This document shows positions 39,881 through 52,527 of a stretch of DNA of 64,000 nt, piece after piece; position 1 is the stretch's first letter; each line of letters begins with the position of its first letter. Location: the NCBI RefSeq assembly GCF_032444005.1, contig NC_091291.1, positions 109,430,001 through 109,494,000 of the forward strand, in the 5' to 3' direction. The position numbers and the translations under genes are program-made. A model generated the notes under the pieces. The model saw nothing but the letters and a program-made list of their open reading frames with translations, was not told the origin of the DNA and did no database searches. Source of the DNA: Ranitomeya imitator. Taxonomy: Eukaryota.

Positions 39881-40652
39881 GTACCGCCTGGCGCCAGAAC
39901 ATAAGTACCCTGCGGCATTTGATGATTGTCTAAAGGCCACAAGACATTTTTTGAAGACTGCAAAAGAATATGGTGTAGACCCATCATCTGTAATAATCAG
40001 TGGTGACAGTGCTGGGGGTAATCTCACTGCTGCCGTTTGCCAAGACCTTTTGGGCGCAGACCTTCCAAAGCCTCTTGCCCAGGTGCTGATATACCCATTG
40101 GTCCAAGGTATTGATTTCCACTTACCATCCTATACCCAAAACTGTGCAGTGCCCATTCTCTATCGGGAACGAGCTGTTTTCTACATGATAAACTATATTG
40201 AAGGCAACCTGCAAATGATGGAAGAAGTTATAGATGGAGACCATGTTCCTGTTGACTTGAAGTTGAAGTTCAAGAAGTGGTTGGGTCTTGATAATATTCC
40301 TGATGAGTTTAAGGTCCGGGGTATTAAGCATCCTCTGATGGCTTCACATTCTGAAGATGTCTACGAAGCCCACAAGCAACTGTTCGAGACACACTTCTCT
40401 CCATTGTTGGCCGAGGACTCTGTCTTCCGTCTTCTCCCCAAAGCTTACGTTCTAACATGTGAGTTTGACGTCTTGCGTGACGATGGAATCCTTTATAAGA
40501 AACGTCTGGAGGACAATGGAGTCCCGGTAACATGGTTTCATCTCAAAGATGGCTTCCATGGAATAGTTAGCTTTTTCGACAATGGAAAACTCACTTTTGA
40601 ATCTGGAAAGTTGGCTGTCGATAATATTGTAAAGTTCATTAATGATGTTTGA
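39881..40652 (+). CDS. AADACL4-like: Paralog C exon 4 (catalytic triad)
   Basis: The acceptor is tttag|GTACCGC. GDSAG, CEFDVLRDDG and DGFHG are present, ending in TGA. The spliced CDS is 1239 nt (412 aa). Confidence 0.93.
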
Positions 40653-40810
40653 CATTTTGGTTTCACCCATCTGTTTTTTGATGACTTTTAGTACAATGGA
40701 TGTTATTTCATGGAGCAATGGAAGCCAAAAGAAACAAAACTTGGAGCAATGGAAGCCAAAAAAAAAAACAAAACTATGTCCATTCCTTAAGGGAGTGAAG
40801 TCTTCCAAGA

Positions 40811-41075
40811 GCTACACATGGTGGCTCAGTGGGTAGCACTGCAGCCTTGCAGCACTGAGGTCCCGGGTTAAAATCCCACCAAGGACATCATCTGCAAGGA
40901 GTTTGCATGTTCTCCCCGTGTTTGCGTGGGTTTCCTCCAGGTTCTCCGGTTTCCTGCCACACTCCAAAGACATACTGATAAGGAATTTAGATTGTGATCC
41001 CCATTGGGGGCAGTGATGATAATGTCTGTAAAGTGCTGCTGAATAAAATAGCACTATATAAGCAAAGCATAATCA
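40811..41075 (+). mobile_element. tRNA-derived V-SINE with an L2-type tail
   Basis: It has A box TGGCTCAGTGG and B box GGTTAAAATCC. The V-domain reads GGAGTTTGCATGTTCTCCCCGTG...GGGTTTCCTCC, and the tail reads GTAAAGTGCTGCTGAA...GCACTATATAA. Confidence 0.8.
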
Positions 41076-42569
41076 TAATGAATAAATACATAAAAATGTG
41101 TAATAAAGTTAATTTAAATTAAATGGTTAATCATTGACTATCACTTTATTAGGTCCTTCTTGCACGTTTCAGATGTCTCCATTTAATCTCTTGACTCCCC
41201 TCCAGAAAGTGGATACATGGGGCCTGAGCAACGGGCCGCATGTACCACACACTGGTTGGATGAACTCAGCCAGGTATGTTTGACTCTGAAACGTTGCGGT
41301 ATGAAAAATAAACTTTAAGAGCCGCCGGGGATGGAGTCGTGCTGGAGATTAGTCAGGCAGTGGCTTCTCCCTGCCCTCTCCTCTTAAGTGACAGGTCTTC
41401 CTGCCTGCCTCCACGGGAGCAGGTGAGTAGAAGCCGCCAGGGATCCGCCTTTTTGACTAGTCTCCTGTACTGCTCAGTCAACAGTGGCCTTCAAAGTCTA
41501 TTTTGCTCGGTCATAGTCAAACTAACCATACAGTCAGGGTGTGAAACATGCGGCCCGTGGATCGAGCAGCTTGTATCCGCCATCAGGTTCCTTTTACATC
41601 CACAGTAACATTTGGTAATTATTTCCCATTTTAAAGACCTAAAAATCTGCCCATATATAATATGTAAAGTTAGGGCTCCTCAACAATTGGCCATCCGCGA
41701 GTTGTGGTAAAATATCACCATCACTGTGACTTGTATGTGACTTCTGTGCTTCCCTACAGAAATATATTGTGCCATTTTACCTCTACTCCATTTGTAGCCG
41801 TGGACTCTAATGATGCTAGTCAGATTAATATAATCTCTGACGTGTAATAATTCAGAGACCTCTTTTGTATTGAGCAGTGCAGTTGTGTCATTTGGACATT
41901 ATCACGGGTTTCGGTAGATGTGTCCATTTAATGAAGCAAGCCTCGATCCTGAAAATGGTGAAAAACTGAAAAGAAAAACAGGAGTTGCAGAATTTTTCAC
42001 ACTATTCTAATATTGAATGTATTGTGTGGAGTCCTGAAGCAATGATACTTTGATTTATGGGCTGTTTCAGCTATTGGAGCTCCATTTATCGATCGGCTGC
42101 AATGCCAAATGCAGCCAGCAGACAATTGTGGCGCTGTTTCACTTCACTAGAATAAAGTGCAATAATGAAAGCAGCCTGTGGACAAGAGGATATTATACGA
42201 AAGTTGAGCAACTTCTGTATATGTATTTACAAAATTTCACTGGCAGCATTAGGACCTATTAGACTCATCTCTTCTTATTATTCTTTTCGTTCATGTTCGT
42301 TACTTTCATTATTTTACTGGACTCTCCAACACCAAAAAAAAGTGTCCAAATCGGCTCTCAGTTCATGGGTCTTAACACAACATTCAGATAAAACACAAAG
42401 CAAAAGTGCATTGAAATAACACAGGGTTCTTAGTAATACTGTTTTGATCAAAAATAGCATAAAAGCCATCCCACCACGTCAAGGTGACCCTGTTCGGGAA
42501 GGTCCTACACTGTCAAATATTAAAACCTTACCATGTGTCAGAGTTAACCTCAGTGTGTGAATAAGGGCA

Positions 42570-43018
42570 GGCAAAGGAAAAACTTTAGGGGTGCAGATTT
42601 AGAATGATGTCACTTTTGGGTATTTTATGTCACTTCAAATGTGAGATGGTTCCTGAAGAAAATTGGCTTTGTAAGTTTTGTTGGAAAAATGAGAAATCCG
42701 CTGGTCAACTTTTAACCTTATATCTTCTTAACAAAAAAAAACAATTGTTTCAAAAATTGTGCTGATGTAAATGAGACATGTGGGAAATGTTATTTATTAA
42801 ATATTTTATGTGACATAACTCTTTGTTTTAAAGGCATAAAAACGAAAAGTTAGAAAATTGCGACATTTTCCAAATTTGCCATATTTCCATTTTTTTTCTT
42901 CAGAAATACATGCAAGTCATATCAAAGAAATTTTACCACATAAAGTGACAGTGGTCAGAATTGTAAAATTTGGCCCGGTCGGGACGGTGGAAACAGGCTT
43001 GGAGGGTGAAGGGGTTAA
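42570..43018. mobile_element. piggyBac-like non-autonomous element, one terminus
   Basis: It ends GAAGGGGTTAA (a CCCCTTC terminus plus TTAA). The partner end was not found. Confidence 0.45.
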
Positions 43019-43213
43019 ACCACAATGTGTGCGAAATCTCTAAAAGCTGTCTGGTCATTTAAGACGAAAAAGCTCAAGTTAAGGGGCTAAAGGCGCTGTT
43101 TAAGTGATCTTGACCCTGTATTAACTGTAGGTGAATCGTTACTTTTCTTAGGAGGTTGACACGGCCGTATCCATTGGATATCTGCTGATGAATGGAACTC
43201 AGCTGTCAATGTG

Positions 43214-43227
43214 GTTCCCATGGCAAC
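43214..43227. promoter_or_regulatory. RFX X-box
   Basis: GTTCCCATGGCAAC is one mismatch from the palindrome GTTGCCATGGCAAC. It lies ~70 bp upstream of the ATG of a motile-cilia gene. Confidence 0.7.
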
Positions 43228-43297
43228 GGTAAACATTCCGACTGCAGACAGAACAGTGAGACGTGATCTCCGGAGAGCAGACAGATCCAGTCTCACT

Positions 43298-43408
43298 ATG
43301 GCGACATATCCCCTTTGTGCTAAGAATGGATCTCTGCCGGGATGGAGGATCGAGCAGAGATATTCTAACAGAGTGCTCATTGGGAACTGGGCGGAGGAGC
43401 GAAAAAAG
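43298..43408 (+). CDS. CFAP107: Cilia- and flagella-associated protein 107, exon 1
   Basis: It encodes MATYPLCAKNGSLPGWRIEQRYSNRVLIGNWAEERKK, matching the C1orf158/CFAP107 N-terminal W.IE..YS..VL.GNW.EER motif. The donor is AAG|GTACTT. Confidence 0.88.
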
Positions 43409-44599
43409 GTACTTTCCATGTACGAAGGCGTCATTGTGGTACAAATAGCAAGGTTATAAATTGGGGAAAGGGAATTGTGTCCTATTTTTGATAACCTTCC
43501 TCTTACTTAGTGCAATATTTGATTACAACCCACCTGCTCTTGTCATTCAAAGAAGCCAAAAAAAACCCACTCACTGTCCCCTCTTCATTTGGTCCCTGTC
43601 CGTATTCCGTCACTGCCGACACTTGCTAGATGGGGTTTCCCAGTCTTTTAATAGAAGTAAACCCCAAACGGGACTCCCCCATCAGACATCACATACCGTA
43701 CATAAAAAAACAATATAGGGGCTTTTTTTATTCATCTAGCCCTATGAAGAACAAGGGTTCTTTCCATTTTTTTTTGTTTTACGTTGTTTGATTTTATATA
43801 GGCGTGATCAGATAAACAAAAGAAGAGAATATTTTTTCTGATAAAAACTACAGACAAAATTCAGGTAAACGTACAGTATATACAAAAAAACATGAATACA
43901 AATAGGGATAAACATGTTATAGGTTTTAAAAAAAAGAGTTCAAATAAAAGATCCTGCAAATATGCGCAATCAGAGCCATTGGATAATTATTTAAAAAAAT
44001 ATAAAATTAAATTCACTTAAGAAAATGACAGTTTTTTATGCTAAATATATTTTTATTTTATTTTTATAATATTGTTTTTCAATTTTCTGCATCTATGAAA
44101 AAAAAAACCAGAAATCTTACAATTTTTACACTGGTCTCATAATCTTATACCAGAGATTCACAATTGCTGTTCTGTGTAGAAGACTTTTCAGCAGTTTCAT
44201 TATCATCACAGAAAGGATTTCAAGGAAATGTAACCTCTATACACAGTAGATGATACAGGATCCACCAATCACAATATGCGATGCCTCATCTGCTCCCTCT
44301 TCCTTCACAAGGACCTTTTGGGTCAGGCTCAGATGAAAAGCTCAGAAGTTTTTTTACGCAAAAGTCCGTGTCTGAGTTAGTCTATTCCTGTTACGTCCAC
44401 CTGCCCAACAAGAAGAGTCTTAAAGGGAACGTATCACCTTGGAAAAAGCTATTTACGTACAGATTTACAGTTACTCTGCAGGTCAATAGCGTTACAATAC
44501 TGTCTGGGCATTTTACTGATCGTGCGGCTACAAGGAGAAAATGAACTTATTTCCTCCCAGCAGCCCCTGGCTTTCAGTCATGGGAGGTGCCCTCAACGG

Positions 44600-45130
44600 C
44601 GACAGTGGGCAAATGGGAGCAAAAGCTTTATCATTGAGCATCGAAGAAACATTGTCTGGTCAGATGTTTCCAGATTGCTTGTGTATCATGCCCCTGGTAG
44701 GGTCAGAATTTTGCACGTGCAACATGAACCGGTGAACCCTTCTTGACAGGTGCCAACTTGTGTAGGTGAAGTAATGGTGCGGGGAATTGTGTTTTGGGCA
44801 CATCATGGGTCCTTATCTAAGCATTGTACCCGACCTTTATGGCAGTAGTTTACCCTATGGCAGAAGGACGCTATCAGCAGGACAATGCACCATTGCCACG
44901 AGGGTGAAATAGTCATGGATTGGATTAGAGGAACATGATCGTGACTTCTCGTTTCGTCCCTGGTCTTTGGAGCCACCTAGAGAACGTCTCTGGGACGAGG
45001 TGGAAAGGGCCATTCCGGACATGTCAATACCTCCATGTAATTTGCTGCTACTGTGAGATGCTATCCTGTCCTCCATCATGGGCCAATATTTGTCTAGAAT
45101 GATTTCAACAGTCACTGGAATGTACTCTTC
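44600..45130 (+). mobile_element. Old Tc1 transposase remnant
   Basis: Degenerate IVWSD, YQQDNAP and LWDEV motifs occur in order, with frameshifts. Confidence 0.6.
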
Positions 45131-46119
45131 AATGAATAGCTGCAGTTCTGAAGACCAAAGGCGATTAACCCAATGGGTGGTAGATCGGTGCCTCCAATAA
45201 AGCGGCCATTCACTGAGATTTGCCTTACTGTACAAAGATTACCCTCACTCCCGCAGACCCTGTCCCCAGTGGAGCTCACAATCTAATTTTCCTGTCCCAG
45301 GCAGATTATGGAAACTAGATTACCCAACCAGTATGATTTTGGAATGTGGATTATATTGGAGAATTTGGGGAGGATCTCTTAAGACAGGAAGCACATACTG
45401 TACATATTCCATGGAGATGTTATCTTTAGTAAACCCCATGATCCGAGCACGGCGAGGCAACATTGCTAACCATTGGGTCACCGTGCTTTTCATTACATGC
45501 GCTGCCTACTTCTCTACAGCACATTCTGAGCACCGCTGAATCCGCACAGCCCCCTCACTGTCTGTGCAATGTGTCAGGCAATGTCTGATGCCACCGCTAC
45601 CGTCTGCCAGGATCATCGGACTAAAATCTGAAATCATCTATGTAACCTAACGACTGGTGCTAACTGGTAACACCACTGTCTGGAAGGCTCCACCAGGAAC
45701 AATTGCAGAACTGTCAGAAGAAATCCCAGGGACCTCAGAGTTCTGGAAAGAAAATCCTGTGCCGCCTGTCATCTAAATTATCTACATTTGTGAGCAGCAT
45801 GTTCAGCGTCATACTCAATGTGATGCGCCAGGATACAAGGACTGGAGTCATAAAGCAGAGACACAAATATAATAATATACGTACAGATGTGAAAAACGGC
45901 AATAACCACAAGGTGGCGATATTCATTATGCATATTTAAGTCATAACTTGGAGAAGGGAATTTTTCTAGAATTAAATCCCTTGAATACGTTATTTAGGTA
46001 CAGTTTGGGCAATGTTCACAGTGTGATTGTGCACAGTTGTCACCCATCTTTAATTTCTTCTTTCTTTATGAAGATGTCCATGCTTTGTCTGATAAGGAAA
46101 TTCACATAAGAAGAGCTCA

Positions 46120-49100
46120 GCGCACACATTCCACAAGCACAGCACACTTGTCATGCAAGCACAGCATGCACATCACACAAGCACAGCACATACATCACAC
46201 AAGCACAGCATGCACATCACACAAGCACAGCACATACATCACACAAGCACAGCACATACATCACACAAGCACAGCACATACATCACACAAGCACAGCACA
46301 TACATCACACATGCACAGCACATACATCACACAAGCACAGCATGCACATCACACAAGCACAGCACATACATCACACAAGCACAGCACATACATCACACAA
46401 GCACAGCATGCACATCACACAAGCACAGCACATACATCACACAAGCACAGCACATACATCACACAAGCACAGCACATACATCACACAAGCACAGCACATA
46501 CATCACACATGCACAGCACACACGTTACACAAGAACAGCAGATATGCCACACAAGCACAGCACACGTCACACAAGCCCATTGCATACATTACAAAAGCAC
46601 AGAGCACATATCACACAAGCACAGCACATACATCACACATGCACAGCACATACATCACACAAGCACAACATATATGCCACAAAAGTACAGCACATACATC
46701 ACACAAGCACAGCACACACGTCACACAAGCATAGCGCACATTGTATACATCAGAAAAGCACAGCGCACATGTCACACAAGCACAACGCATATGCCACAAA
46801 AGCACAGCACATATACTGTATCACACAAGCACAGCGCACACATCACACAAGTACAGTGCATACATCACACAAGCACAGCACACACGTCACACAAGCACAG
46901 CGCACATTGTATACATCACAAAAGCACAGCACATATATCACACAAGCACAGTGCATACATGACACAAGCACAGTGCACACGTCACACAAGCACAGTGCAT
47001 ACATCACACAAGCACAGCACACACGTCACACAAGCACAGTGCATACATCACACAAGCACAGTGCATACATCACACAAGCACAGTGCATACATCACACAAG
47101 CACAGTGCATACATCACACAAGCACAGCACACACATCACACAAGCACAGTGCATACATCACACAAGCACAGCACACACATCACACAAGCATAGTGCACAT
47201 TGTATACGTCACAAAATCACAGCGCACATATCACACAATCACAATACATATGCCACAAAAGCACAGCACATATACTGTATCACACATGCACAGTGCATAC
47301 ATCACACAAGCACAGCGCACACGTCACACAAGCACAGCACATACGTTACACAAGAACAGCAGATATGCCACACAAACACAGCACATGTCACACAAGCCCA
47401 TTGCATACATTACGAAAGCACAGAGCACATATCACACAAGCACAACATATATACGACACAAAAGCACAGCACATACATCACAAAGCACAGTGCATATATC
47501 ACGCAAGCACAGTGCATACATGACACAAGCACAGGGCATACATCACACAAGCACGGCACACACGTCACACAAACACAGCACATACATAACATAAGCACAC
47601 CACACACGTTACACAAGCACAGCACATGCATCACACAAGCACAGTGCATATGTCACACAAGCCCATTGCATACATTACGAAAGCACAGAGCACATATCAC
47701 ACAAGCACAACATATATGCCACACAAGCACAGTGCATATATCACGCAAGCACAGCGCACATGTCACACAAGCACAGGGCATACATCACACAAGCACAGTG
47801 CATATATCACGCAAGCACAGTGCATACGTCACACAAGTACAGGGCATACATCACACAAGCACGGCACACACGTCACACAAACACAGCACATACATCACAT
47901 AAGCACACCACACACGTTACACAAGCACAGCACATACATCACATAAGCACAGCGCACACGTTACACAAGCACAGCACATACTGTACATCACACAAGCACA
48001 GCACATACATCACACAAGCACGGCGCACACATCACACAAGCACAGCACACACTTTACACAAGAACAGCACATACATCACACAAGCACAGCACATACATCA
48101 CACAAGCACAGCACATACATCACACAAGCACAGCACATACATCACACAAGCACAGCACACACTTTACACAAGCACAGCACATACATCACACAAGCACAGA
48201 ACATACATCACACAAGCATAGCGCACACATTACACTAGCACAGCACATGCATCACACAAGCACAGAACATACATCACACAAGCATAGCGCACACATCACA
48301 CAAGCACAGCACATGCATCACACAAGCACAGAACATACATCACACAAGCATAGCACATACATCACACAAGCACAGCACATACATCACACAAGCACAGCAC
48401 ATACATCACACAAGCATAGCGCACACATTACACAAGCACAGCACATGCATCACACAAGCACAGAACATACATCACACAAGCATAGCGCACACATTACACA
48501 AGCACAGCACATACATCACACAAGCACAGAACATACATCACACAAGCATAGCACATACATCACACAAGCACAGCACATACATCACACAAGCACAGAACAT
48601 ACATCACACAAGCATAGCGCACACATTACACAAGCACAGCACATGCATCACACAAGCACAGAACATACATCACACAAGCACAGCGCACACATTACACAAG
48701 CACAGCACATGCATCACACAAGCACAGAACATACATCACACAAGCATAGCACATACATCACACAAGCACAGCACATACATCACACAAGCACAGCACATAC
48801 ATCACACAAGCATAGCGCACACATTACACAAGCACAGCACATGCATCACACAAGCACAGAACATACATCACACAAGCATAGCGCACACATTACACAAGCA
48901 CAGCACATGCATCACACAAGCACAGCACATACATCACACAAGCACAGTGCATACATCACACAAGCACAGCACACACTTTACACAAGCACAGCACATACAT
49001 CACACAAGCACAGAACATACATCACACAAGCATAGCGCACACATTACACAAGCACAGCACATGCATCACACAAGCACAGAACATACATCACACAAGCATA

Positions 49101-50537
49101 GCACATACATCACACAAGCACAGCATATACATCACACAAGCACAGAACATACATCACACAAGCATAGCGCACACATTACACAAGCACAGCACATGCATCA
49201 CACAAGCACAGAACATACATCACACAAGCATAGCGCACACATTACACAAGCACAGCACATACATCACACAAGCACAGAACATACATCACACAAGCATAGC
49301 ACATACATCACACAAGCACAGCACATACATCACACAAGCACAGAACATACATCACACAAGCATAGCGCACACATTACACAAGCACAGCACATGCATCACA
49401 CAAGCACAGAACATACATCACACAAGCACAGCACACACTTTACACAAGCACAGCACATACATCACACAAGCACAGAACATACATCACACAAGCATAGCGC
49501 ACACATTACACAAGCACAGCACATGCATCACACAAGCACAGAACATACATCACACAAGCATAGCGCACACATTACACAAGCACAGCACATGCATCACACA
49601 AGCACAGAACATACATCACACAAGCATAGCACATACATCACACAAGCACAGCACATACATCACACAAGCACAGCACATACATCACACAAGCATAGCGCAC
49701 ACATTACACAAGCACAGCACATGCATCACACAAGCACAGAACATACATCACACAAGCATAGCGCACACATTACACAAGTACAGCACATACATCACACAAG
49801 CACAGAACATACATCACACAAGCACAGCACATACATCACACAAGCACAGAACATACATCACACAAGCATAGCGCACACATTACACAAGCATAGCGCACAC
49901 ATTACACAAGCACAGCACATACATCACACAAGCACAGAACATACATCACACAAGCATAGCACATACATCACACAAGCACAGAACATACATCACACAAGCA
50001 TAGCGCACACATTACACAAGCACAGCACATGCATCACACAAGCACAGAACATACATCACAAAAGCACAGCGCACACATTACACAAGCACAGCACATGCAT
50101 CACACAAGCACAGAACATACATCACACAAGCATAGCACATACATCACACAAGCACAGCACATACATCACACAAGCACAGCACATACATCACACAAGCACA
50201 GAACATACATCACACAAGCATAGCACATACATCACACAAGCACAGCACATACATCACACAAGCACAGCACATACATCACACAAGCATAGCGCACACATTA
50301 CACAAGCACAGCACATGCATCACACAAGCACAGAACATACATCACACAAGCATAGCGCACACATTACACAAGCACAGCACATACATCACACAAGCACAGA
50401 ACATACATCACACAAGCATAGCACATACATCACACAAGCACAGCACATACATCACACAAGCACAGAACATACATCACACAAGCATAGCGCACACATTACA
50501 CAAGCATAGCGCACACATTACACAAGCACAGCACATA
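46120..50537. repeat. Minisatellite, 22-bp unit (CACAAGCACAGCACATACATCA), left block, CFAP107 intron 1
   Basis: The periodicity is directly visible, with about 200 units. The translated period of 22 aa equals 3 units. Confidence 0.97.
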
Positions 50538-52129
50538 CAGTGGGGCAAAAAAGTATTTAGTCAGTCAGCAATAGTGCAAGTTCCACCACTTAAAAAGATG
50601 AGAGGCGTCTGTAATTTACATCATAGGTAGACCTCAACTATGAGAGACAAACTGAGAAAAAAAAATCCAGAAAATCACATTGTCTGTTTTTTTAACATTT
50701 TATTTGCATATTATGGTGGAAAATAAGTATTTGGTCAGAAACAAACAATCAAGATTTCAGGCTCTCACAGACCTGTAACTTCTTCTTTAAGAGTCTCCTC
50801 TTTCCTCCACTCATTACCTGTAGTAATGGCACCTGTTTAAACTTGTTATCAGTATAAAAAGACACCTGTGCACACCCTCAAACAGTCTGACTCCAAACTC
50901 CACTATGGTGAAGACCAAAGAGCTGTCAAAGGACACCAGAAACAGAATTGTAGCCCTGCACCAGGCTGGGAAGACTGAATCTGCAATAGCCAACCAGCTT
51001 GGAGTGAAGAAATCAACAGTGGGAGCAATAATTAGAAAATAGAAGACATACAAGACCACTGATAATCTCCCTCGATCTGGGGCTCCACGCAAAATCCCAC
51101 CCCGTGGGGTCAGAATGATCACAAGAACGGTGAGCAAAAATCCCAGAACCACGCGGGGGGACCTAGTGAATGAACTGCAGAGAGCTGGGACCAATGTAAC
51201 AAGGCCTACCATAAGTAACACACTACGCCACCATGGACTCAGATCCTGCAGTGCCAGACGTGTCCCACTGCTTAAGCCAGTACATGTCCGGGCCCGTCTG
51301 AAGTTTGCTAGAGAGCATTTGGATGATCCAGAGGAGATTTGGGAGAATGTCCTATGGTCTGATGAAACCAAACTGGAACTGTTTGGTAGAAACACAACTT
51401 GTCGTGTTTGGAGGAAAAATAATACTGAGTTGCATCCATCAAACACCATACCTACTGTAAAGCATGGTGGTGGAAACATCATGCTTTGGGGCTGTTTCTC
51501 TGCAAAGGGGCCAGGACGACTGATCCGGGTACATGAAAGAATGAATGGGGCCATGTATCGTGAGATTTTGAGTGCAAACCTCCTTCCATCAGCAAGGGCA
51601 TTGAAGATGAAACGTGGCTGGGTCTTTCAACATGACAATGATCCAAAGCACACCGCCAGGGCAATGAAGGAGTGGCTTCGTAAGAAGCATTTCAAGGTCC
51701 TGGAGTGGCCTAGCCAGTCTCCAGATCTCAACCCTATAGAAAACCTTTGGAGGGAGTTGAAAGTCCGTGTTGCCAAGCGAAAAGCCAAAAACATCACTGC
51801 TCTAGAGGAGATCTGCATGGAGGAATGGGCCAACATACCAACAACAGTGTGTGGCAACCTTGTGAAGACTTACAGAAAACGTTTGACCTCTGTCATTGCC
51901 AACAAAGTATTGAGATGAAATTTTGTTTCTGACCAAATACTTATTTTCCACCATAATATGCAAATAAAATGTTAAAAAAACAGACAATGTGATTTTCTGG
52001 ATTTTTTTTTCTCAGTTTGTCTCCCATAGTTGAGGTCTACCTATGATGTAAATTACAGACGCCTCTCATCTTTTTAAGTGGTGGAACTTGCACTATTGCT
52101 GACTGACTAAATACTTTTTTGCCCCACTG
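50538..52129 (+). mobile_element. Tc1 (IR/DR, DD34E) transposon, defective
   Basis: It has a TA TSD and ~208-bp TIRs (CAGTGGGGCAAAAAAGTATTTAG), with outer AAGTATTTAGTCAG and inner AAGTATTTGGTCAG direct repeats. The ATG is at 50905, with a premature TAG at 51040 (W46*) and a 14-bp deletion at the 3' end. Confidence 0.97.
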
Positions 52130-52527
52130 TACATCACACAAGCACAGAACATACATCACACAAGCATAGCACATACATCACACAAGCACAGAACATACAT
52201 CACACAAGCATAGCGCACACATTACACAAGCACAGCACATGCATCACACAAGCACAGAACATACATCACACAAGCACAGCGCACACATTACACAAGCACA
52301 GCACATGCATCACACAAGCACAGAACATACATCACACAAGCATAGCACATACATCACACAAGCACAGAACATACATCACACAAGCATAGCGCACACATTA
52401 CACAAGCACAGCACATGCATCACACAAGCACAGAACATACATCACACAAGCACAGCGCACACATTACACAAGCACAGCACATGCATCACACAAGCACAGA
52501 ACATACATCACACAAGCATAGCACATA
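52130..52527. repeat. 22-bp minisatellite spacer between the two Tc1 copies (18 units)
   Basis: The spacer is 398 bp, equal to 18 x 22 plus the duplicated TA. Confidence 0.95.

Noticed and set aside
41250-41345. Hammerhead-like GATGAA...GAAACGTT followed by AATAAA
   Set aside because: The CUGA core is broken and stem II does not pair. It is at most a decayed pLTR relic.
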